Origin: an uncultured Fibrobacter sp.
GTDB taxonomy: Bacteria; Fibrobacterota; Fibrobacteria; Fibrobacterales; Fibrobacteraceae
Direction: 5' to 3'
Assembly (NCBI GenBank): GCA_964397425.1
Contig: CAYNID010000001.1
Span: forward strand, 205,085 to 269,084
DNA: 64,000 nt
Below the pieces are notes generated by a model. The model was not told the origin of the DNA, searched no databases, and saw only the letters and a list, made by a program, of their open reading frames with translations. A program made the translations under genes and the position numbers. Of this stretch, positions 10,420 through 20,054 are shown piece by piece. The first letter of the stretch is position 1. Every line of letters begins with the position of its first letter.

Positions 10420-10515
10420 ATGATGCCAACGACGGCAGATTCAAATGAATTTCATCTTTTAACCGGCAACGTTGGCGGTGTGAACAGCCTATTGCGATTG
10501 AAAAGGGCGTTTTAA
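10420..10515 (+). CDS. Putative 31-aa small ORF / leader peptide
   Basis: AAAGGA SD, then MMPTTADSNEFHLLTGNVGGVNSLLRLKRAF. Its TAA overlaps the tagD ATG (TAATG). Confidence 0.35.
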   Translation: MMPTTADSNEFHLLTGNVGGVNSLLRLKRAF

Positions 10516-10922
10516 TGAAAAAAGTTTTGACAGTCGGCGTTTTTGACCTTTTGCATTTCGGTCACATGGAACTTTTTCGAAAAGCGAAAGCGTTGGGTGA
10601 CCACTTGATTGTTGCCGTACAAGATTCGGATTATGTGGCGCTTTTCAAACCGGGTGCAAAATTGACTTATACAACGGAACAGCGTTGCTATATGGTGGCT
10701 GCAATCCGTTACGTCGATGACGTTGTGGTTTACAAAACGGCAGAAAGCATTGTGCAAACGGTGGATTTTGACCTTTTTGCCAAAGGCGAAGATCAGAACA
10801 ATTCCAGCTTTTTGGCAGCGGAAAAATGGTGTGCGGCGCATCAAAAAGAAGTGGTCACGCTTCCGCGTACAGAAGGCATTTCGACTTCACTCATCAAGGA
10901 AATTCTGAAAAGGGATATATGA
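10515..10922 (+). CDS. tagD: Glycerol-3-phosphate (polyol-phosphate) cytidylyltransferase, TagD-like
   Basis: GVFDLLHFGH (HxGH) and RTEGISTS signature. Confidence 0.85.
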   Translation: MKKVLTVGVFDLLHFGHMELFRKAKALGDHLIVAVQDSDYVALFKPGAKLTYTTEQRCYMVAAIRYVDDVVVYKTAESIVQTVDFDLFAKGEDQNNSSFLAAEKWCAAHQKEVVTLPRTEGISTSLIKEILKRDI

Positions 10923-11728
10923 AAAAAATCTCTCCCGAAGAAATTCGCCAAATTCAAATGTCCATCTTGGACGAAATTTCCAAAATTTGCGAAGAAAACG
11001 GTCTGCGTTATTTTATCGCTTATGGAACACTTCTCGGAGCCGTTCGCCATCAAGGTTATATTCCATGGGATGACGATATGGACATTGCCATGGAGCGGAA
11101 GGATTATGAAAAGCTCCTCTCCATTTTAAAAGATGACCGCGCCCAAAAACCGAAATGGCTTTCTGCGGTGGACGATACTTCGGAAGGTTATTTTTACCCA
11201 TTCGCCAAGGCTGTAGACAATCGAACGGAAATCAAGAGTGACAGGCATCAGGACAATCAAGGAATTTGGATTGACATTTTCCCCATCGATGGGCTCCCCG
11301 CTCCGCTATGGAAAGCGAAAACGTTCATTTTCTTCTGCAGTTTTCTGCGGGTTGTCGCTTTGGCGATGGATACGGATTTTTCGTCAAAGACTTTGAGCTT
11401 CTGGACGCTTGCTTACAAACGCTTTTTTTATGCAATTTCAATTCTCATCGGTCGAAAGAGAATTTGCCGCTTTGTAGAAAAAGTGTTTCACCGCTATTCG
11501 GTGGCAAATTCAAAACGGGTCGCCATCTTGTTTTCGGGGCATAATTTTGACGCCATTTTCGAAAAGGAATTTTTGCTGCAGCAAGCGGAATACACATTTG
11601 AAAACCGGACTTATACGGGGTTCAAAAATTACGACGCGTATCTTTCCCAGCTGTATGGCGACTACATGACGCTCCCGTCAGAAGAGAAGCGCCGCACGCA
11701 TAATTTTGACGCCTGGTGGAAAGATTAA
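10919..11728 (+). CDS. LicD-family phosphotransferase
   Basis: GTLLGAVRH.GYIPWDDDMDI, IDIFP.D, YL..LYGDYM.LP. ATGA overlap with tagD gives start 10919. Confidence 0.92.
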   Translation: MKKISPEEIRQIQMSILDEISKICEENGLRYFIAYGTLLGAVRHQGYIPWDDDMDIAMERKDYEKLLSILKDDRAQKPKWLSAVDDTSEGYFYPFAKAVDNRTEIKSDRHQDNQGIWIDIFPIDGLPAPLWKAKTFIFFCSFLRVVALAMDTDFSSKTLSFWTLAYKRFFYAISILIGRKRICRFVEKVFHRYSVANSKRVAILFSGHNFDAIFEKEFLLQQAEYTFENRTYTGFKNYDAYLSQLYGDYMTLPSEEKRRTHNFDAWWKD

Positions 11729-13137
11729 CGGCTCCTCTTTTTTTCGTAGAGCCATTGCAGTCCCAAAGCGGCAAGGGCGATTAAATAGGCAATGGCGCGT
11801 TGCCACAGTTCCAGTGAAAAATCGCCAATGTTCAAGGCAACGTAGCAGGCGATTAAAATGCAAATCCACAGTTGGCGATTCCAGAGCTTTTTGGAATACG
11901 GCCAAAGTTTTAATTTTGCCAGGTAAACGTTGTTCCAAATCATGGCGATGACGTTGTAGCACAGCATGGAAAGGGCCGCACCGACAAGGCCGTAGGCCGG
12001 AATCAGAAAATAGCCGGAAACTAGGGCGATTCCCAAAGAAAACAGATTCATTTTGAGAGTGTAAAGGCTTTTTCCGATGCCGTTCATGATGACAATTGCC
12101 ATTCCCCAGAATCCCGCCAACAAGTGCACCAGCAACAAAATGCCAAGAGCTTGCGGCTGCACCACAAAATCTTTCCCGGCGATGCTCAAAATTTCGTTGG
12201 GAAACAAGATGATGAAAAATCCAATCAGCAACTGGATGAACGTGACCATGGAAACGCAATACGAATAGACGGGCTTCAAATCCGTTTGCAGCCTGTCCTT
12301 GTCCATGCCGGCGATGACGGGCGTCAAAATGGGAGTGAACCCGACGCGGATGGTTTGAAGCGCATTTGATATTGTCACCATGATGCCGTAAGCTCCGGCC
12401 ATTTCCGGTCCAAGGAAGAGCATGACCATCCAAAGGCTGGACCGGATGAGAAATGACGAAACGAATTCGTTGAATCCCAGCGGAAGGGAATATACCAAAA
12501 GCGCTTTGGAAATTCGATGCTGCGGAATGAATGGCATTTCGGGAAACTGTTTTCGCACAAGGGCAAAGTGCAATAGGAATCCGCCCAACTGCCCAATCAA
12601 AAGTCCGAGGGGAAGGGCATGAGGAATCCCGAGAAAATGCATGACGATAGAAGAAGCGGGCGAAAGAACTGCGACAAAAAAAGAATTGATGAAAACGGCG
12701 TTTTGCGGTTTCCGGTTCCCTTCAGACGTGTTGCTCAGCACATAAGACGTGGCGTAAAAAACGAGAGAAAGGGCGTACCAGGGGAGTTCTTTTGAAAAAG
12801 CGTGAACGAAGGAACCGGCGAAGATGACGCCGGTGCAGCACAGGGAAACAATGACGGCGACCCAAAAGGATTCCATGACGCCGTCGTAAGGTTTTCTTTT
12901 GTTCAAACGGTTTTGGGGCAAATACCAATAAAGGCCTTTGTCTAAGCCGAGAGTCGATGAACGGGAAATGGTGAGCAGCAGAGTTTGCGTTGAAACGAAA
13001 ATGCCAAATTCGGCGGCTCCGAAAATCCGGGCGAGCACAATGGTGAGGAGCGGCCCGCATACTTTCAGGATGGTTCCGATGATGTTGACGATAACGCCCT
13101 TTTTTAAAAATCGGCTGTCGGCTTCCAAATGATTCAT
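11725..13137 (-). CDS. Oligosaccharide flippase (Wzx/MATE-like polysaccharide export protein)
   Basis: Many TM helices; LARIFG...FG.F, GLVGAALS. Start placed at MNHLEAD because the longer ORF overlaps the NERD gene. Confidence 0.85.
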   Translation of the reverse strand: MNHLEADSRFLKKGVIVNIIGTILKVCGPLLTIVLARIFGAAEFGIFVSTQTLLLTISRSSTLGLDKGLYWYLPQNRLNKRKPYDGVMESFWVAVIVSLCCTGVIFAGSFVHAFSKELPWYALSLVFYATSYVLSNTSEGNRKPQNAVFINSFFVAVLSPASSIVMHFLGIPHALPLGLLIGQLGGFLLHFALVRKQFPEMPFIPQHRISKALLVYSLPLGFNEFVSSFLIRSSLWMVMLFLGPEMAGAYGIMVTISNALQTIRVGFTPILTPVIAGMDKDRLQTDLKPVYSYCVSMVTFIQLLIGFFIILFPNEILSIAGKDFVVQPQALGILLLVHLLAGFWGMAIVIMNGIGKSLYTLKMNLFSLGIALVSGYFLIPAYGLVGAALSMLCYNVIAMIWNNVYLAKLKLWPYSKKLWNRQLWICILIACYVALNIGDFSLELWQRAIAYLIALAALGLQWLYEKKRSR

Positions 13138-13200
13138 GATGCGACAAGATAGCTTTATTTCGGTCGTCCCCTGAAATGAATTCGGAATTATATTAACGAT

Positions 13201-13821
13201 ATGATTTTCCTGTGGGCGTTTGTATTCCTTTTGGCGATTGCCGTTCTCTGTCTCCACCTGTATTCCAATCAAATCATTGGGAAAATCGGAGAAAATCATA
13301 CGGCAAAAAGGATCAAAGCCGTTTGTGGGGAACACGTTTTTCAAGATGTTTATGTGCCGGGAAGTCGCGGAGTTCAACAAATTGACATTCTCGCCGTGAC
13401 TGAAAAAGGTGTTCTCGTCATCGAAAAAAAGACTTACATCGGTTTGGTCGTCGGAAGGAATTTTGACAAACAGTGGAAGGTTTATGTGAATCGCGGACGA
13501 AAGAATTATACGATGAAAAATCCGCACCATCAAAATTTCGGACACATCCAGGCCCTTTGCGAGAACTTTCCGGCGTTGCAGGGCAAGTGTGTCGATTTGG
13601 TCATCTTCGGCAACAATGCGAAATTGGGAAATGGAATTTCTAAAGGAACGATTCGCGATGCGGAGTTTGAAAATTTCTACGCATCTTTGCCTTTGCGGCT
13701 AAGCGAAAACGAAGTATCTCAATTTGGCAACATGATTTCGGGCTTGTCGACAAAAAGAGCGGCGCTGAAAAAAAAGCATTGTCGGAAAATCAAACAAATG
13801 AAGTCCCGGTTTGCGAAATAA
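13201..13821 (+). CDS. NERD-domain (nuclease-related) protein with N-terminal TM anchor
   Basis: G..GE, QIDILAV..KGVLVIE.K, NP..QN..HI. Confidence 0.85.
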   Translation: MIFLWAFVFLLAIAVLCLHLYSNQIIGKIGENHTAKRIKAVCGEHVFQDVYVPGSRGVQQIDILAVTEKGVLVIEKKTYIGLVVGRNFDKQWKVYVNRGRKNYTMKNPHHQNFGHIQALCENFPALQGKCVDLVIFGNNAKLGNGISKGTIRDAEFENFYASLPLRLSENEVSQFGNMISGLSTKRAALKKKHCRKIKQMKSRFAK

Positions 13822-13846
13822 AATCCGGGACAGCAGCGGCTTCCGT

Positions 13847-14242
13847 TTAACGGGAAGATTCCGATCCATCTTCTGGACACGTGATTTCTGCAACGGATTC
13901 TATCGTATGGTGCAATTCCAAAACCAGGTCTGTTTCGGCGGCCTTGTAAAACATTTCTTTGCCAAGACGTTTGGATTCAATGAGCCCGGCGGCTTTCAGC
14001 AACCGTAAATGGTGGGATACGGCGGGGCTTGTCATGTTCACAAGTTGGGCGATGTGCGTGACACATTCTTCGGCGTGGCAAAGCAGCCAAAAAATGCGCA
14101 GTCGTGAAACGTCGCCTAATTGCTTCATGGCTTCGGCAACTTGAATAGCCATCCGTTCCGAGGGCATCTGCTTGGCTAAAATCAGCTCTTTTTCGGTGAC
14201 GGGATGGTCGTGCTTTGGAAATTTCGTTGTCTGACTGGGCAT
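13847..14242 (-). CDS. ArsR/SmtB-family metal-sensing repressor
   Basis: L.D..RLRI..LL, ECV..IA, SPAVSHHLRLLK..GLI...R.GK..FY. Divergent from the HMA-cadA genes. Confidence 0.92.
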   Translation of the reverse strand: MPSQTTKFPKHDHPVTEKELILAKQMPSERMAIQVAEAMKQLGDVSRLRIFWLLCHAEECVTHIAQLVNMTSPAVSHHLRLLKAAGLIESKRLGKEMFYKAAETDLVLELHHTIESVAEITCPEDGSESSR

Positions 14243-14315
14243 CTTGTTTTGAAAAATAACAAAAAAAAGATCAAATATCTTGCCGGAATGGGAGGGCTTG
14301 AATTATATTTAAATC

Positions 14316-14341
14316 AAAGATTAAACATTTGTTTAATCTTT
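14316..14341. promoter_or_regulatory. ArsR/SmtB operator (12-2-12 inverted repeat)
   Basis: Perfect AAAGATTAAACA-TT-TGTTTAATCTTT between arsR and the HMA-cadA operon. This is the canonical SmtB-type geometry. Confidence 0.8.
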
Positions 14342-14370
14342 TGAGTGCCAAATTTGATTTTGAGGTTCTG

Positions 14371-14589
14371 ATGAAAAAAAGTTACCGCATCGATGTCGAT
14401 TGCCCGGTCTGTGCCGGAAAAATGGAAACGGCGGCGCAGAAAACGGCTGGAGTCAAAGACGCTTCCGTGAATTTCATGCTTTTGAAAATGAAAGTGGAAT
14501 TTGATGATGGGGCTGATGAGAAAACCGTGATGGCCGCTGTACGGGAAAACTGTAAAAAAGTGGAATCCGGTTGTGAAGTTTACCTGTAA
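14371..14589 (+). CDS. Heavy-metal-associated (HMA) domain protein
   Basis: DCPVCA.KME..GV..ASVNF. Start placed at MKKSY. Confidence 0.88.
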   Translation: MKKSYRIDVDCPVCAGKMETAAQKTAGVKDASVNFMLLKMKVEFDDGADEKTVMAAVRENCKKVESGCEVYL

Positions 14590-14618
14590 CTGAAATTCCG
14601 CCAAAGGAGAAGCTTCAG

Positions 14619-16523
14619 ATGAACGCAAAACAAAAACAGAACCTGGCCCGCATTCTGGTTTCTGCCGCCCTGCTTGTTGCGTTGCATTTTCTGCCAGAAG
14701 AAACGCATCCCGGGGCCCGTTTTGCGCTTTATCTCATTCCGTACTGGATCGTCGGTCATGATGTTTTAAAACGCGCCGCGAAGGGAATTTCCCATCGGCA
14801 ACCATTTGATGAATACCTGTTGATGTCTTTGGCGACTTTGGGCGCGTTGCTATTGGGCTTTTTGAAAACGGGGGATTATGTCGAAGCGGTCGCCGTGATG
14901 CTTTTTTATCAAATTGGAGAATGGTTCCAAAGCTATGCGGTCGGAAAAAGCCGGAAAAGCATTGCGGATTTGATGGAAATCCGCCCGGATTTTGCTAACG
15001 TAGAAACGGAAAATGGCGAATTGGAACAGGTTGATCCTGAATCGGTGAATGTCGGAAGCGTCATTGTTGTTCGGCCTGGGGAAAAGGTTCCCATAGACGG
15101 TGTTGTCGCCGAGGGAAATTCTTCGCTGAATACGGCGGCTTTGACGGGGGAAGCTCTTCCGCGCGATGTTTCCGCGGGCGATGAAATCGTTTCTGGCAGC
15201 ATCAATTTGACGGGGCTCATCAAAGTCCGCACAACGAAAAATTTTGAAGACTCCACGGTGTCGAAAATTTTGGAACTCATCGAAGACGCCACTTCGCAAA
15301 AATCCAAGTCAGAAAAATTCATCACAAAATTTGCCCGGATTTACACTCCGATAGTCACTTTTTCTGCAATCGTCCTGGCGTTGATTCCACCGGTTGCGCT
15401 GACCCTTTTTGATAAAGATCCCCTGTGGACGACATGGCTCTATCGGGCGTTGATTTTCCTTGTCATCAGTTGCCCCTGTGCGCTTGTCGTGAGTGTTCCC
15501 CTTTCGTTTTTTGCGGGAATTGGTGGAATTTCCAAAGCGGGAATTTTAATCAAAGGGGCGAATTTTGTCGAAAGTCTTTCTAAAACGGATACGGTGGTCT
15601 TTGATAAAACGGGGACGCTCACCAAGGGAAGCTTTGAAGTGGTGGCGGTCCACCCGGAAAAAATCGGACCAGAAGAATTGCTGCATTTGGCTTGTCACGT
15701 GGAACGTTATTCCAGTCACCCGATAGCCGTTTCGTTAAAAGCGGCTTATGGTCGCGAAGCGGACGGCTGCCTTGTCAGTGATGTGGAAGAAATTCCCGGT
15801 CGGGGAATCCGCGCCGCAGTCAATGGGAAAACGATTTGCGTGGGAAATGGGAAAATGATGGAAGATGCCGGCGTGAAGTGGCGGAATTGTCACATCGCCG
15901 GGACAAATATCCATGTGGCGATAGACGGCGAATACGCGGGGCACATTATCGTTTCGGATGTCGTAAAACCGCATTCCGCGCAGGCGATGGATGAATTGCG
16001 CAAATTGGGAATTCGACGGCTTTTGATGCTCAGCGGCGATACGCAGAAATCGGTAGAATCTGTTGCAGCCAAATTAAAGTTGGATGAATTTTACGCCGGG
16101 CTTCTTCCTGCGGACAAGGTGAAATGGGTGGAAACATTTCTTCGTGAAAAGAAGAGCGGCAGCACGCTGGCTTTTGTCGGTGACGGAATCAACGACGCTC
16201 CGGTTCTTTCCCGTGCGGATGTGGGAATCGCCATGGGAGGCCTGGGCTCTGATGCTGCCATTGAAGCCGCTGATATCGTTTTGATGGACGATGATCCTTT
16301 GAAACTCGCCACGGCGATGCGGATGGCGAAAAAATGCATGCGCATTGTCCGTCAGAACATCTTTTTTTGCATTGCAGTCAAGGTGATTTGCCTTGGACTT
16401 GGCGCCGTGGGATTTGCGAATATGTGGATGGCGATTTTTGCCGATGTCGGCGTGATGATTCTCGCCGTGTTGAATGCCGTGCGCAATTTTGGAATAAAGC
16501 CGGTCAAACCGATTGGCGGCTGA
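14619..16523 (+). CDS. cadA: Heavy-metal (Cd/Zn/Co) translocating P1B-type ATPase
   Basis: TGE, SCPCAL, FDKTGTLT, HP, GDGINDAP, FADVG. Confidence 0.95.
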   Translation: MNAKQKQNLARILVSAALLVALHFLPEETHPGARFALYLIPYWIVGHDVLKRAAKGISHRQPFDEYLLMSLATLGALLLGFLKTGDYVEAVAVMLFYQIGEWFQSYAVGKSRKSIADLMEIRPDFANVETENGELEQVDPESVNVGSVIVVRPGEKVPIDGVVAEGNSSLNTAALTGEALPRDVSAGDEIVSGSINLTGLIKVRTTKNFEDSTVSKILELIEDATSQKSKSEKFITKFARIYTPIVTFSAIVLALIPPVALTLFDKDPLWTTWLYRALIFLVISCPCALVVSVPLSFFAGIGGISKAGILIKGANFVESLSKTDTVVFDKTGTLTKGSFEVVAVHPEKIGPEELLHLACHVERYSSHPIAVSLKAAYGREADGCLVSDVEEIPGRGIRAAVNGKTICVGNGKMMEDAGVKWRNCHIAGTNIHVAIDGEYAGHIIVSDVVKPHSAQAMDELRKLGIRRLLMLSGDTQKSVESVAAKLKLDEFYAGLLPADKVKWVETFLREKKSGSTLAFVGDGINDAPVLSRADVGIAMGGLGSDAAIEAADIVLMDDDPLKLATAMRMAKKCMRIVRQNIFFCIAVKVICLGLGAVGFANMWMAIFADVGVMILAVLNAVRNFGIKPVKPIGG

Positions 16524-16537
16524 CCGGCGAGACTGTT

Positions 16538-16975
16538 TTAGCGTTTTCCCGTACTGCCGAAGCCGCCGCGGTTTTTATCTTCGAGGACGGTTTCTTCAAA
16601 GTGGAGTTTGGGCTGGTTTTCTAAAATCCGGAATTGGGCAATGCGGCTGCCCTTTTCGATGGTGACGTCTTCCGTTGCGTAAACGGGCATTTTCCACCAA
16701 TCCTCTTTTCCGCAATAGCTGGAATCCACAACGCCTACGGAATTTACCTGCAGAATTTTCCAGTTTTTGAACGTGGAACTGCGGGGGGCGATGTGGGCTT
16801 CGTAACCCTGGGGAAGTTTCATGGCGACGCCCAAGTGGATAAGCCGAAATTCGCCTCGGCGAAGTGTCACGGTTTCTGCAGCGCTCAGGTCTATCCAGTC
16901 GGATTTGCCGCCGATGTATTCCAGTCTTGGAATGGAATCGTCCAAGTATTGAATTTGGATGGTTTCTTCTTTCAT
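16538..16975 (-). CDS. dut: dUTP diphosphatase
   Basis: DWIDL, PRSS, GVVD..Y.G, RIAQ, RGGFGSTG. Confidence 0.95.
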   Translation of the reverse strand: MKEETIQIQYLDDSIPRLEYIGGKSDWIDLSAAETVTLRRGEFRLIHLGVAMKLPQGYEAHIAPRSSTFKNWKILQVNSVGVVDSSYCGKEDWWKMPVYATEDVTIEKGSRIAQFRILENQPKLHFEETVLEDKNRGGFGSTGKR

Positions 16976-17958
16976 CAGAGCAATTCCTTGCGAAGGGTTT
17001 CATCGCTTTTTGGGGAAAGATAAGCGGGCGGAACGTCAAGGACCGTTTTGCAGCCCCTTGCGCCTTCTTTGAACATTCGATTCAAAGCGCGGGCATAGGC
17101 GACAAGGACGCTGGTCGTGAACGCCGGATTGGAATCCAATTTGATACTGTATTCGACGATGTTTGAAAATTCGCCGTTTTCTCCTGTTTTCCCGGAACGG
17201 ATGACAAATCCTCCGTGAGACATTCCGGAATGTTTTTCTGCAAATTCGTTTTCATCGATGAAGTGTACGGTTGTGTCGTAATCGGCAAAGTAATTCGGCA
17301 TCGTTTTTATCGCCTGTTCAATTTGTGCCGCATCTGCGCCCGGTTCCAAGACAACGAAAACTTCGCGGGTGTGTTTTTCACGGGTCGAAAGCTGAGGCGC
17401 TTTACCGCTGCGAACCGCTTCTAACGCTTTTTCGACGGGAACAGTGTATTGCTTTGCATTTTTAACTCCGGGAATCCGGCGGACTGCATCGGAATGGCCC
17501 TGTGACACGCCCTTTCCCCAGAAAGTATAAGTTTCTCCATTCGGCAGAATGGAATCCGCATAAACGCGGTTCAACGAAAACAGTCCCGGATCCCAACCGC
17601 CGGAAATCATGGCGATTTTGTCTGCAGCCCGGGCTGCCGCATCGACGGCGGCGAAATGTTCCGGAATCTTCGCGTGGGTGTCAAAACTGTCGATGACGTT
17701 GAATAGGCCCGCAAATTCCGGAGTTTGTTTGGGCAAGTCCGTGGCGCTTCCTCCGCAAAGAATCATCACGTCGATTTTGTCTTTCCATTTTACAGCTTCG
17801 CTTTCGTGTAAAACGGGAACGCCCGCAGTCCGGATTTGGACGCTTTGCGGATTGCGGCGAGTGAACACGGCGACCAGTTCCATGTCCGGGGCGAATTTTA
17901 CGGCGCTTTCCACGCCGCGGCCTAAATTTCCATAACCGAGAATGCCAATTTTAAGCAT
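16975..17958 (-). CDS. ddh: meso-Diaminopimelate dehydrogenase
   Basis: GYGNLG, CGGSATDLP, DSFDTHA, GWDPG.FS, FWG.GVSQGHSDA, HGG, SNP.FT. Confidence 0.95.
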   Translation of the reverse strand: MLKIGILGYGNLGRGVESAVKFAPDMELVAVFTRRNPQSVQIRTAGVPVLHESEAVKWKDKIDVMILCGGSATDLPKQTPEFAGLFNVIDSFDTHAKIPEHFAAVDAAARAADKIAMISGGWDPGLFSLNRVYADSILPNGETYTFWGKGVSQGHSDAVRRIPGVKNAKQYTVPVEKALEAVRSGKAPQLSTREKHTREVFVVLEPGADAAQIEQAIKTMPNYFADYDTTVHFIDENEFAEKHSGMSHGGFVIRSGKTGENGEFSNIVEYSIKLDSNPAFTTSVLVAYARALNRMFKEGARGCKTVLDVPPAYLSPKSDETLRKELL

Positions 17959-18085
17959 AGGGAATCCTTTGTTTTTTGTGATTCCAATTTAAAAAAAGAA
18001 GGCCTTGTTTGGCGTTGAAAATTGTTTGCCGATAGCCGCATGGCAAAATAAACGCCATCCAGAGCTTTTTTATATTTTAACCGAT

Positions 18086-18496
18086 ATGGATCCGATTTTC
18101 CTCAAACCGAAACTGTTGACTTTGCCCAAAATTCTCGACGACCGGGGAAATTTGAGCATCATTGAATCGGAAAAGCACATCCCGTTCAAAATCCGCCGCT
18201 GTTATTGGATTTATGATGTTCCCGGTGGAGAAATCCGCGGCAGTCACGCTTTTAAAAAACAGCATGAATTTATCGTCGCGCTGTCGGGAAGTTTCGATGT
18301 TGTCTTGCACAATGGGAAAGAGGAATTCCGGTTTCCGCTCAGGCGTTCTTACAATGGACTGTATGTTCCGCCGATGCATTACCGCACGTTGGACAATTTT
18401 TCTACAAATTCCGTAGCGCTGGTGCTCAGTTCGGAACCGTATGATCCGGAAGATTATATCTGGGAATTTGACGATTTCAAGGAGGCGCTCAAATGA
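18086..18496 (+). CDS. dTDP-4-keto-6-deoxyhexose 3,4-ketoisomerase (FdtA/QdtA cupin)
   Basis: D.RGNLS.IE, IPF.I.R.YW.YDVP, RG.HA.K, GLY.P. Start placed at MDPIF. Confidence 0.9.
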   Translation: MDPIFLKPKLLTLPKILDDRGNLSIIESEKHIPFKIRRCYWIYDVPGGEIRGSHAFKKQHEFIVALSGSFDVVLHNGKEEFRFPLRRSYNGLYVPPMHYRTLDNFSTNSVALVLSSEPYDPEDYIWEFDDFKEALK

Positions 18497-18915
18497 AAGA
18501 GATGCTTGCTGGCTGTCACTTTGTGAAGTTCCAGAAAATTTCCGAAAGATCCGGTTCCCTGTCTCCTGTTGAAAGTTTTGGGAATATCCCTTTTGAAATC
18601 AACCGCGTCTTTTACATTTACGATATTCCCGGAGGCATTTATCGCGGCGGTCACGCCCACAGGGAATGCCACCAGCTTTTGGTGGCGGCTTCCGGGGCGT
18701 TCGATGTCAAAGTGGACGATGGAGAAAATTCTCAAATAATCCGTTTGGACCGCCCATACGAAGGGATTCACGTTCCACCTGGAATTTGGGCCGAAGAATT
18801 GAACTTTTCTTCGGGGGCGATTTGCCTCGTATTGGCTTCGCATCCTTATGATGACGCGGATTACATTCGGGATTATGAAAAATTCCGCAACGAAGCTGCT
18901 GCCCGGAGAAAATGA
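18493..18915 (+). CDS. Second FdtA/QdtA-family cupin
   Basis: IPFEINRVFYIYDIP, RGGHAHR, LVLAS.PYD..DYIRDY. Confidence 0.9.
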   Translation: MKEMLAGCHFVKFQKISERSGSLSPVESFGNIPFEINRVFYIYDIPGGIYRGGHAHRECHQLLVAASGAFDVKVDDGENSQIIRLDRPYEGIHVPPGIWAEELNFSSGAICLVLASHPYDDADYIRDYEKFRNEAAARRK

Positions 18916-20054
18916 TGGTTCCTTATCTTGATTTGAAACGGGTGAACGCCTCTTTTGAACCGGAGCTTTCTGCAATTGTAGAGCGGGTGGTGAAAAGCGG
19001 TTGGTACATTCGCGGAGAGGAATGTTTGCGCTTTGAACGGAAATTTTCCCGTTTTTGCGGCACGGAATTTTGCGTTGGCGTTGCCAATGGATTAGAAGCG
19101 CTGACTCTCATTTTCAGGGCTTATCTGGAACTGGGCCGTTTAAGGCGCGGCGATGCGGTCATTGTCCCCGCGAACACTTATATCGCGACAGTTCTCGCGT
19201 TGACTGAATTGGGACTTGTTCCCGTTTTCGCGGAACCGGATGCTTTGACGTGCAATCTTTCTGCAGAAAGCGTGGAACGTTTTTTGACGCCGTCCGTCAA
19301 GGCTGTTTTGGCGGTCGATCTTTACGGGCGGGCGATTCCGGGCAGAGAACTTTTGGATTTTGCCCACAGCCGAAATTTGCTTTTGATTGAAGATGCGGCG
19401 CAAGGCCATGGGGCTGTAGAATGTGGAAAGCGCGCAGGCGCTTTTGGAGATGCCGCCGGATTCAGTTTTTATCCGGGAAAAAATCTGGGCGCGTTGGGAG
19501 ATGGCGGGGCTGTGACCACATCGGATCCTGAACTTGAAAAAATGGTCCGGATTCTTTCCAATTACGGGAGCGGTCAAAAATACGTGAATCTGTTCAAAGG
19601 GATGAATTCCCGATTGGACGAACTTCAAGCCGCCGTACTTGCATATAAATTAAAACGTTTGGATGCGGATAATGAAAAACGCCGGCAGATTGCGGATCTC
19701 TACTTGAAAAAAATGCAAAATGCTGAAATTTCGATTCCGGCTTCTGGCGAATCACAAGAAAATGTTTGGCATGTTTTTCCTGTATTTTCAAAAGATCGGG
19801 ATGAACTGCAAAAACATTTAAAGGAATGCGGAGTGGAAACTCTTATCCATTATCCGATTCCGCCGCACAAACAAGCCGCTTATTCGGAATGGAACTCTCT
19901 CCAATTTCCCATTGCAGAAAAAATGTCGCAAACGGAGCTCAGCTTGCCGCTTTATCCGCAAATGACGCAAAGTGAAATTTCTCAAGTAATCGAAGCGGTA
20001 AATGGTTTTGTGCCTAAAAGGAACAGCCGATCCGGAAAGGAGATTTGGGCGTGA
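18912..20054 (+). CDS. DegT/DnrJ-family dTDP-3-amino-3,6-dideoxyhexose aminotransferase (FdtB-like)
   Basis: EDAAQ.HG, FSFYPGKNLGALGDGG, NYGS..KY, NSRLDE.QAA, IHYPIPPHKQ. Confidence 0.93.
   Translation: MMVPYLDLKRVNASFEPELSAIVERVVKSGWYIRGEECLRFERKFSRFCGTEFCVGVANGLEALTLIFRAYLELGRLRRGDAVIVPANTYIATVLALTELGLVPVFAEPDALTCNLSAESVERFLTPSVKAVLAVDLYGRAIPGRELLDFAHSRNLLLIEDAAQGHGAVECGKRAGAFGDAAGFSFYPGKNLGALGDGGAVTTSDPELEKMVRILSNYGSGQKYVNLFKGMNSRLDELQAAVLAYKLKRLDADNEKRRQIADLYLKKMQNAEISIPASGESQENVWHVFPVFSKDRDELQKHLKECGVETLIHYPIPPHKQAAYSEWNSLQFPIAEKMSQTELSLPLYPQMTQSEISQVIEAVNGFVPKRNSRSGKEIWA

Noticed and set aside
13138-13545. N-terminal extension of the flippase ORF
   Set aside because: It overlaps the NERD gene on the other strand. 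A better start at 13137 has its own promoter-like motif.
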